A stretch of 64,000 nt of DNA from the NCBI GenBank assembly GCA_002869015.1, contig PKTT01000002.1, forward strand, positions 32,299 to 96,298, in the 5' to 3' direction. Position 1 is the stretch's first letter, and the number at the start of each line of letters is the position of its first letter. Shown piece after piece: positions 9,131-16,422 of this stretch. Both the position numbers and the translations under genes were made by a program. The stretch is from Deltaproteobacteria bacterium (GTDB lineage Bacteria; Desulfobacterota; Deferrisomatia; Deferrisomatales; BM512). The notes below the pieces were generated by a model. That model was given only the letters and a program-made list of their open reading frames with translations. It searched no databases and was not told where the DNA came from.

Positions 9131-10164
9131 AACGTTTACTTTTCATAGCCATCTCGATAGCGCTGCTCTTAGGTTGCGCCGCCCGGCAGGGGGCCATCAA
9201 AGGGCGGGTACTCTTCGGTGAAAAGCCGGTTCAAGGTGCCATCGTCACTGCCCAGGCGGAGGGCGCGGAAACCTTTACAGCAACTACTGATGCTAATGGC
9301 GAATATTCCTTCACCGCCCTGCCTCCAGGCGATTTTTCAGTGTCCGCGAAGATAGCTGAAAGAGAGCAAATGGTTACCGTTTGGGGCGAGACACATCTAT
9401 TTCTCCCCCCAGGCGCCGAGGAGTGGGTTGGCCTTAAACTTGCCCCCCGCGAGGGAGTCATATACAGCCCATACGAACCCTCCACGCCCAGCTTTGGCGC
9501 GATATCTGGTGTGGCGCTATTTGATAAGAAGCCGGTAACCGGGGCGGTTGCAAGCATCTATCTGGATGAGGGAGAGGAGCTAAAGGGACGCGGCTTTCGC
9601 CATTCCTTCCCTACCGGTGAAGATGGACGCTTTTACATTGATGATATTCCTGACGGGGTCTACTTCCTGGCGGTTAGAAAACGCGTGGGAAGAGATATCG
9701 GCCCCATAGCCGAGGGCGACCTTTTTGGCGTCGCTTCAGCCAACCCAATCACGGTAAAGCCGGATACAGAGACCTCCACCACCCTCCATTTGGCAAAAAA
9801 AGAGAAGACCCGCGCGCCACACGCGCTTGATCTAAGCCGCACCGGCACCGCCATCCGGGGCCGAGTCTTAGATGCTGATGGCGCGCCGCTGGCGGGGCTC
9901 TATGTCTTCGCTTACAGGTCGAGGATAATCGGACACCAGATGCCCGACTTCATAACCGAGCCAACGGGAGATGACGGAGAATTTATCCTGCCCCTGGGAG
10001 AGGGTGGAATCTTCTATCTCGGAGCGCGTCAGAAGCTTGGATACTCGCCGACCCCAGGCGAGCTCTTCGGCCTCTATGACGGCACCGCCGACCATGGCAT
10101 TAAAGTAGGCAGGGGAGAGGTTATTAAAGGCATAGAGATAAGAGCGGTTGAGGTGCTCCCCTGA
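9127..10164 (+). CDS. Lipoprotein with three carboxypeptidase-regulatory-like domains; paralogue 3
   Basis: Lipobox LLLGC. Units begin IKGRVLFGEKPVQGA, ISGVALFDKKPVTGA and IRGRVLDADGAPLAG. Motifs YFLAVRKRVGRDIGPIAEGDLFG and FYLGARQKLGYSPTPGELFG. GTGA overlap upstream and TGATG overlap downstream. Confidence 0.65.
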   Translation: MKRLLFIAISIALLLGCAARQGAIKGRVLFGEKPVQGAIVTAQAEGAETFTATTDANGEYSFTALPPGDFSVSAKIAEREQMVTVWGETHLFLPPGAEEWVGLKLAPREGVIYSPYEPSTPSFGAISGVALFDKKPVTGAVASIYLDEGEELKGRGFRHSFPTGEDGRFYIDDIPDGVYFLAVRKRVGRDIGPIAEGDLFGVASANPITVKPDTETSTTLHLAKKEKTRAPHALDLSRTGTAIRGRVLDADGAPLAGLYVFAYRSRIIGHQMPDFITEPTGDDGEFILPLGEGGIFYLGARQKLGYSPTPGELFGLYDGTADHGIKVGRGEVIKGIEIRAVEVLP

Positions 10165-11066
10165 TGTTCCGCTTACTATCTGGCCTCCTCTTCCTATCGC
10201 TTGCGGCATGTTCGGCGCCTGAGACAACGGGCGACCTTCACTATATGCCCTCTGAGCTAATCTCAAGCGAGGTTACATGGGAGGGGCGCGTCGTTGTGGA
10301 TAGAATTGTAATCGTTGGGAGGAGCGGGACCCTCAGGATCGCTCCGGGCACAAAAATCCTCTTTGAGAAGGTCGACTGGGACGGAGATGGAATAGGTGAT
10401 GCCGAGATCACCGTTGAAGGTAAACTAATCGCAGATGGCACCCCGCAGGAGCCGATACTAATGGCCTCCGCCGAGGTTGACCCCTCGCCTGGTGATTGGA
10501 AATACCTCCACATCAACTTTGCCAGGGGGGCGCGCCTCTCAAATGTCCGCATAAGCGATGCGTTCAGCGGTATTCAGGTACATTACTCAAAGGTTGAGAT
10601 CGACCGCTGCGACTTTCGCCACAACATAGACGGCATAAGATTTTCAACTGCGGATTTGACGGTTAAGGGTAGCCTGAGCATGCAGAACAGGCATGGCATA
10701 AGGTTCGAGGAGAGGGGGCACCCTGCTCTTATATCGGGAAACCGGGTAACCGATAACGAGGTCGGCATCTTTGCCGTTACAGAGTGTAAGGGCACCTCAA
10801 CTTTTAAAGATAATGACTTTTCAGCCAATGAGACCCCTGTGAAGATGGGCTGGGAGCAGCACAGCGACATCGACCTGACCGGCAACTGGTGGGGCGCGCC
10901 CGCTGACAAGGTCAAAGAGAGTATACTTGATGGTAAAAGGGATAGCACCCTGGGCGTGGCGGTAATAGCGCCGGTTATGGGGCTTGCGCCCGATATATCG
11001 GAGCCATTCTATCTTCCCTACAAAGACCCTGACTGGGAGCGGGCAACAAAAAGAGATCTAAGATGA
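10164..11066 (+). CDS. Lipoprotein with right-handed parallel beta-helix repeats (NosD-like periplasmic protein)
   Basis: Lipobox LSLAAC. Repeated short beta-helix rungs (ISDAFSGIQVHYS / RHNIDGIRFST / MQNRHGIRFEE / TDNEVGIFAVT). C-terminal TGNWWG motif seen in NosD-type beta-helix proteins. ATGA overlap with the next gene. Confidence 0.6.
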   Translation: MFRLLSGLLFLSLAACSAPETTGDLHYMPSELISSEVTWEGRVVVDRIVIVGRSGTLRIAPGTKILFEKVDWDGDGIGDAEITVEGKLIADGTPQEPILMASAEVDPSPGDWKYLHINFARGARLSNVRISDAFSGIQVHYSKVEIDRCDFRHNIDGIRFSTADLTVKGSLSMQNRHGIRFEERGHPALISGNRVTDNEVGIFAVTECKGTSTFKDNDFSANETPVKMGWEQHSDIDLTGNWWGAPADKVKESILDGKRDSTLGVAVIAPVMGLAPDISEPFYLPYKDPDWERATKRDLR

Positions 11067-11971
11067 AGCGACGCGATTTTTTGAAGAAACTTGCCAGGAC
11101 GGGCTTTGTGGTATCAACCGCAGGCGCGTTGCCCCTTTTCGACCTCTCAAAAGCCTCGGCCGCGCCTAAGCCATATCCACTGGCGGTGGCAGCCGATGGC
11201 AGCCCCGCGGAGCTTGCCCGTGAGGCGGTTGGGAAGTTGGGGGGGATTACAAACTTCGTCAAGAGCGGGGATGTGGTTGTGGTAAAGCCCAATATAGGTT
11301 GGGACCGTACTCCCGAGGAGGGCGCTAACACCCACCCCGATGTGGTTCGCGAGCTTGTGTTGATGGCACTGGAGGCTGGCGCAAAGGAGGTTCGCGTCTT
11401 TGACCGCACCTGCAACGATCCGAGGCGCTGCTATAAGCGGAGCGGAATAGAGGACGCCGTTAACTCCATTGAGGATTCGAGGGCAAAGATTACGCACGTA
11501 GATGAGCTACGCTATGAAGTCGTAGAGATTAAGGATGGCGTCTCACTTACCAAGTGGCCCCTCTACCGCCCCGCGCTTGAGGCTGATGTGCTTATAAACG
11601 CCCCCGTCGTCAAACACCACGGCATGAGCGAGGTAACCATCGGCATGAAAAACCTCATGGGAATAATGGGGGGTAACCGTGGGCGACTGCACCGGGATTT
11701 GACCAACGGGCTGGTTGACCTCAGCCTTGCTGTAAAGTCTCATCTGACTGTGGTTGACGCTACGCGGGTTCTCCTCGCGGGCGGCCCCCAGGGAGGTGGA
11801 ACAAATAACGTAAAAGCCATCGGCAAGGTGGCAGCATCCCGAGACGTTGTAACCGCTGATGCTTGGGGGGCTACAATTTTTGGTGTCGATCCATTTTCCA
11901 TACCCCACATAAAGCGAGCACATGAGCGAGGTCTGGGTATCGCAGACCTCTCAAAGGTAGAGTTGCTTTGA
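11063..11971 (+). CDS. Tat-exported DUF362 domain protein
   Basis: N-terminal twin-arginine signal MKRRDFLKKLARTGFVVSTAGALPLFDLSKASA|AP. The core GDVVVVKPNIGWDRTPEEGANTHPDVVRELV...VKHHGMSEVTIGMKNLMG matches my recollection of the DUF362 family. Confidence 0.6.
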   Translation: MKRRDFLKKLARTGFVVSTAGALPLFDLSKASAAPKPYPLAVAADGSPAELAREAVGKLGGITNFVKSGDVVVVKPNIGWDRTPEEGANTHPDVVRELVLMALEAGAKEVRVFDRTCNDPRRCYKRSGIEDAVNSIEDSRAKITHVDELRYEVVEIKDGVSLTKWPLYRPALEADVLINAPVVKHHGMSEVTIGMKNLMGIMGGNRGRLHRDLTNGLVDLSLAVKSHLTVVDATRVLLAGGPQGGGTNNVKAIGKVAASRDVVTADAWGATIFGVDPFSIPHIKRAHERGLGIADLSKVELL

Positions 11972-13509
11972 GGATGCATATAAGTAGCAGAAGAGCGGTC
12001 CAGTTTCTTACGTTGGCGGGGTTTTTAGCCCTCTACGCGAGGACCGCCTATTATGGGCAGGATGAGATCACTTGGCCCGTCCACCTTGCTTTCAAGCTGG
12101 ACCCGCTTGCGCTTTTAAATACCCTGATTGCAGGGGGCTCACCCTCAGCAGCTCTTCTCTTGGGGGGGCTTTCGATGGTCGTCGCTACGGTCATCCTGGG
12201 GCGTTTTTTTTGCGGATGGCTCTGCCCAATGGGTACCACATTAGATATATTCGGAACCCTCCTGAGGAGGGGGGCAAAAAAGCGGCGGGGCTACCAAAAT
12301 GTAAAGCCGCCAAAATATAGTCAGACGGCTCTATTCATCACCCTCCTCTTTGCCACGGCGGCGGGATTGCCCCTTTTGGCATTTCTCGACCCGCTCTCAA
12401 TTTTACTGCGGTCATTGACTGTTTCGGTCTTCCCAGCCTTCGACTATTTGAGCAAAACAATTCTTTCGGCGGGGATGGATGCTTCGGTACCTCTTTCTGA
12501 GCCTATTTTCGAGTTGATGAGCGAGCATATCCTCTTGCTTAAAACCCCAGTCTTTCTTCTGGCCGAGGTGACCGCCGCCATTTTCATAGCAATCATTCTG
12601 CTTGAACTTATCTCACCCAGATTCTGGTGCACATATCTCTGTCCGCTAGGCGGCCTTTTGGGAGTAATTTCCAAGTTCTCACCCTTAACCAGGGCGCGAC
12701 TGGAGGAGTGTAAAGGGTGCAAGGGGTGCGCCGCCCGCTGCCCAAATGGGGCAGCTGATACAAACCCCGCCGACAAGGCGCTCTGCATCCAGTGCATGGA
12801 GTGCGGCGAGCTTTGCAATAAGAATATCTTCGGCATGAGGGCAAGATTCTCGGCACCCTCCCCTTCATTACCAGACCGGAGGATGAGGCGCGGGGTCGTC
12901 GCTTCCATAATAATCGGCGGAGGAGCAGCCCTTTTCACTGGAACCAGCGCAATTGCTAAGAGGCGCGGCACACGCTTTTTGAGGCCTCCGGGAGCTGTAG
13001 ATGAGGAGCGCTTCAATAAGCTCTGCATAAGGTGCGGCGCGTGTATGCGCGTTTGCCCTAGAAACGGTATACACCCGTCTCTCGGCGAAGCCGGGCTGGA
13101 CGGGCTCTGGTCGCCGAGGCTCGTTCCGCGGCTCGGCTATTGTGAATACCATTGCCGGCTCTGCGGACAGGTCTGCCCTACTGGTGCAATCAGGTATCTG
13201 GCTGAGGGGAAGAAGGAATCGTGGGTTATCGGCATCGCGGTGTTGGATAAAAACAGATGCCTCCCGTTGCGTGATGGAACCCCCTGCATTGTATGCGAGG
13301 AGCACTGCCCGACCTCGCCCAAAGCTATAGAGTTTGAGGTAAGGGAGGTCACCCGAAAAGAAGGCGACGTGGTGATGGTAAAACAGCCGAGGATAGTCGC
13401 TGAAAGGTGTAACGGCTGCGGGATATGCGAAAATAAGTGCCCCCTTGAGGGCGAGTCCGCGATCAGGGTCGAGCGTGTACAGCAGGAGATTTCCTCCCCC
13501 TACGGCTAG
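11968..13509 (+). CDS. Membrane polyferredoxin, apparent NapH/NosH-like plus NapG/NosG-like fusion
   Basis: The N-terminal half has 4-5 TM helices and two CX3CP motifs (CGWLCPMG, CTYLCPLG) plus CKGCKGCAARCP and CIQCMECGELC, the NapH/MauN/NosH pattern. It is followed by RRMRRGVVASIIIGGGAALF (Tat-like motif plus helix). The C-terminal half has LRPPGAVDEERFNKLCIRCGACMRVCP and three more Cys clusters, the NapG/MauM pattern. TTG at 11968 or ATG at 11974. Confidence 0.7.
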   Translation: MRMHISSRRAVQFLTLAGFLALYARTAYYGQDEITWPVHLAFKLDPLALLNTLIAGGSPSAALLLGGLSMVVATVILGRFFCGWLCPMGTTLDIFGTLLRRGAKKRRGYQNVKPPKYSQTALFITLLFATAAGLPLLAFLDPLSILLRSLTVSVFPAFDYLSKTILSAGMDASVPLSEPIFELMSEHILLLKTPVFLLAEVTAAIFIAIILLELISPRFWCTYLCPLGGLLGVISKFSPLTRARLEECKGCKGCAARCPNGAADTNPADKALCIQCMECGELCNKNIFGMRARFSAPSPSLPDRRMRRGVVASIIIGGGAALFTGTSAIAKRRGTRFLRPPGAVDEERFNKLCIRCGACMRVCPRNGIHPSLGEAGLDGLWSPRLVPRLGYCEYHCRLCGQVCPTGAIRYLAEGKKESWVIGIAVLDKNRCLPLRDGTPCIVCEEHCPTSPKAIEFEVREVTRKEGDVVMVKQPRIVAERCNGCGICENKCPLEGESAIRVERVQQEISSPYG

Positions 13510-13511
13510 CG

Positions 13512-15014
13512 CTAAGCCCCTGCCTCAATTATCTCCTTAATTGCTGCCATATCGAGAACCTGGCGCAGGTATGCCGCGAGCTTTTGATAACCCTCCTCCT
13601 TTTTTGCTTTGAAGGAGACAGCGCTGACTGCCTCTCCCCGGTGAAGTGCCAGGAGCGAGGAACGAAAGTCATCGTTGTCGAAGATCCCATGTAAGTATGT
13701 CCCGAGGACTCTGCCATCGGCGGATACGGCGCCATCCTTGTGCCACTCGCCGCTTCCCTTTCTGCGAAGCTCCAAAAGGGGCGCTACCCCTTCGCCAAGG
13801 GTTGTGCGGCCCATGTGAATCTCGTACCCATCGAGTATTCCCCTGTCGCCATACCACCCGAGGGCGCCCTCACGTACTACCGCCTCTGATTGTGAGGTCA
13901 CCTTCTCTCTCTCCATCACGGTGACGGCGTCTATGAGGCCTAGGCCTTCAGCTTCGGGAACGGTACCCTCGACACCGTCGGGGTCCAGAAGTTTGCTACC
14001 CAGCATCTGATAACCGCCGCAAATCCCAACAATAGTCGCCCCAGCGCGGTAGTTTTCGAGAACCTCTGCAGCAAGGCCGGCATCCCGTAGGGTCAGCATA
14101 TCGTCTATGGTGTTTTTTGAACCGGGGATAATTACTATATCGGCTTTGCCAAGGCTCTCCCCCGGCCTGACAAAGTCCAGCCTCACACCCGGCTCCGATA
14201 AAAAGGGGTCAAAATCAGTAAAGTTGGACATCCTCTTTGCAACAACTACCGCGACGCGCACGCTGGAAGCGCCGCCTACGCTCCTCATAGCATCGAGGTG
14301 CAGACCATCCTCCTCCTGGATAAAGATGTCATTTAGCCACCCCACCGTTCCGAGGAAGGGCTTGCCGGTGCGGGACGTTATCTCCCGGTAGGCTGGCTCC
14401 AGAAGAGTCGCGTCGCCACGGAACTTGTTTATGATAAAGCCTTTGATTAGCTCGGCCTCTTCACGCGCTATCAACTCCATGGTGCCTACCAGTGAAGCAA
14501 ATACCCCACCCTTGTTTATATCCCCAACGAGAATAACCGGCACCTCGGCTTCGAGAGCGAATCCCATGTTAGCGACATCGCCCTCCCTTAAATTTATCTC
14601 TGCAGGGCTACCTGCTCCCTCCACCAAGATTACATCAAAGCGCTCATTCAACTTCTTCCAGCTATCGAATACCGTTTCGCGCGCGATCTTCTTGAAGGCG
14701 TGATATTCGGCCGCCTTCATATTTGAATGCACTTTGCCTTGCAATATTACCTGGGCGCCTATGTCGGTTGTGGGTTTTAGGAGCACCGGGTTCATATCCA
14801 CATGAGGTGGTATTCCTGCCGCCTCCGCTTGGACAACCTGCGCCCTACCCATCTCACAGCCCTCGGCAGTTATGAAGGAGTTAAGGGCCATGTTTTGCGG
14901 CTTGAAGGGGGCGACCCTGACACCATCCTGGCTCAATATCCTGCAAAGCCCGGCTACTATGATAGATTTACCCACATCAGAGCCGGTACCCTGTATCATT
15001 ACGCTTTTAGCCAT
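13512..15014 (-). CDS. cobQ: Cobyric acid synthase
   Basis: 500 aa. N-terminal P-loop MIQGTGSDVGKSIIVAGLCR. C-terminal glutamine amidotransferase domain (GICGGYQMLG...YLHGIF). Confidence 0.9.
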   Translation of the reverse strand: MAKSVMIQGTGSDVGKSIIVAGLCRILSQDGVRVAPFKPQNMALNSFITAEGCEMGRAQVVQAEAAGIPPHVDMNPVLLKPTTDIGAQVILQGKVHSNMKAAEYHAFKKIARETVFDSWKKLNERFDVILVEGAGSPAEINLREGDVANMGFALEAEVPVILVGDINKGGVFASLVGTMELIAREEAELIKGFIINKFRGDATLLEPAYREITSRTGKPFLGTVGWLNDIFIQEEDGLHLDAMRSVGGASSVRVAVVVAKRMSNFTDFDPFLSEPGVRLDFVRPGESLGKADIVIIPGSKNTIDDMLTLRDAGLAAEVLENYRAGATIVGICGGYQMLGSKLLDPDGVEGTVPEAEGLGLIDAVTVMEREKVTSQSEAVVREGALGWYGDRGILDGYEIHMGRTTLGEGVAPLLELRRKGSGEWHKDGAVSADGRVLGTYLHGIFDNDDFRSSLLALHRGEAVSAVSFKAKKEEGYQKLAAYLRQVLDMAAIKEIIEAGA

Positions 15015-15054
15015 CTATTAATAACCCTAGGAAATGTTTCAGCATCTAAATGCC

Positions 15055-16422
15055 TCAGGAAACCCCCAGCTTTTCAAGGCGGTACCTGAAGGAGCGGAAG
15101 GAGAGGCCAAGCAACTTTGCCGCCTCTGTTTTATTACCCCCTGTCTTTTTTAGCGCCTGCCTGATAAATGATAACTCTTTTCCGGTTAGGTATGCCTCTA
15201 TGTCCAACCCTTCATCTGGCAGTGACTCATCCTTTAGCCCGACCCCGTCTCGCTTCTCTGAGAGATACTCGGGAAAGCTATTCGGAGAGAGGTACTCCCC
15301 TGTTTCTAGGGCAACGGCCCTCTCGACGAGATTTTCCAGCTCCCTAACGTTTCCGGGGAAGTAGTATCCCTCAAGGAGTGTAAATACCTCAGGCTCTATC
15401 CCAGCCAGGTTTCTTCCAAAAGCCTTCTTGTACTTCTCGAAAAAGTGTTGTGTGAGTAGGGGAATGTCGTTTTTTCGTTCACGTAGCGAAGGGAGCTTAA
15501 TGGTTACAACGTTGAGGCGGTAGTATAGGTCCTCCCGGAAGCTGCCAGCCATTACCTCTTCCGCCAAGTCTCTATTTGTAGCGGAGACAATCCTTACATC
15601 GACATCGATCTCTTTATTTCCGCCTACACGTTTGATCTTCCCTGATTGGAGCACCCTAAGTAGCTTTGGCTGCAAAAGCAGGGGCAACTCTCCAATTTCG
15701 TCAAGAAACAATGTACCTCCGGCAGCCTCCTCAAATAGCCCCGGCTTGTCGGAAGTCGCACCGGTAAAGCTACCTTTTATGTGGCCGAAAAGCTCACTTT
15801 CAAGGAGGCCCTCTGGGATTGCTGAGCAGTTGAGGACGACAAAATTACCCTCTCTACCCGAGAGATCATGTATCCGCTTTGCTACAAGCTCCTTGCCGGT
15901 GCCGCTGTCGCCAAGGATGAGAACAGTTACACCTGTCGGCGCGATCCTCTCCGCTAGCTGCAACATCTCAATGGCGCTTTGGGAACGAGCTATAAAATCG
16001 CCCTTTCCTACGACCTCGGCAATCTTCCTCCTGAGCTCACGGTTCTCACGGGTAAGGGCTCCGCGCTCCAGCGCCTTTCTTATCGTTATCCTTATCTGAT
16101 CTACCTGAAAGGGTTTTGTTATGTAATCGTAAGCGCCAAGTTTCATCGCTTCGACGGCTGTCTCCGGTGTAGCAAAAGCGGTAATTACGATGACCTGGGT
16201 ATCGGGCTGTTTGGCCTTTACCCTTTCGACAATCTCCATCCCATTGCCGTCAGGCAGATTTAGATCGGTTATAAGGACGTCGTATATCTCCGAATCAATT
16301 TTCTCAAAGGCTGAGGCTACATTGCCGCAAGTGGTTGCCTCGTATCCCTCACCCTCCAGAAGAATTTCGAGAAATTCGCACATCGACGTTTCGTCATCTA
16401 CGACAAGTATTCGTTCAATCAT
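15055..16422 (-). CDS. pilR: Sigma-54-dependent response regulator (NtrC family), PilR by synteny
   Basis: REC domain (ILVVDDE...ITDLNLPDGNG). AAA+ domain with GDSGTGKE, ESELFGH and GSFTGA (GAFTGA variant). C-terminal Fis-type HTH (GGNKTEAAKLLGLSFRSFRYRL). ATG at 16422 overlaps the pilS stop (ATGATTGA); the 16476 extension is unlikely. Confidence 0.8.
   Translation of the reverse strand: MIERILVVDDETSMCEFLEILLEGEGYEATTCGNVASAFEKIDSEIYDVLITDLNLPDGNGMEIVERVKAKQPDTQVIVITAFATPETAVEAMKLGAYDYITKPFQVDQIRITIRKALERGALTRENRELRRKIAEVVGKGDFIARSQSAIEMLQLAERIAPTGVTVLILGDSGTGKELVAKRIHDLSGREGNFVVLNCSAIPEGLLESELFGHIKGSFTGATSDKPGLFEEAAGGTLFLDEIGELPLLLQPKLLRVLQSGKIKRVGGNKEIDVDVRIVSATNRDLAEEVMAGSFREDLYYRLNVVTIKLPSLRERKNDIPLLTQHFFEKYKKAFGRNLAGIEPEVFTLLEGYYFPGNVRELENLVERAVALETGEYLSPNSFPEYLSEKRDGVGLKDESLPDEGLDIEAYLTGKELSFIRQALKKTGGNKTEAAKLLGLSFRSFRYRLEKLGVS

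Noticed and set aside
12444-13028. 194-aa ORF on the minus strand. The same applies to the 186-aa ORF at 7520-8080, the 152-aa ORF at 6200-6658 and the many antisense ORFs of 60-170 aa in the track.
   Set aside because: All overlap better-supported genes on the opposite strand and show shadow-frame composition. None was given a feature call.
12883-13509. Internal ATG (M306, MRRGVVAS...) as an independent start for a stand-alone Tat-exported NapG-like ferredoxin nested in the polyferredoxin gene
   Set aside because: The only Shine-Dalgarno-like GGAGG abuts the ATG with zero spacing, and the upstream frame is continuous. A fusion protein is the simpler reading. The idea is kept as an alternative in the finding.
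15015-15054. Search for a hidden pilin gene downstream of pilR
   Set aside because: Only 40 nt separate pilR from cobQ. No ORF in any frame of the window has a prepilin-type N-terminus, so none is annotated.
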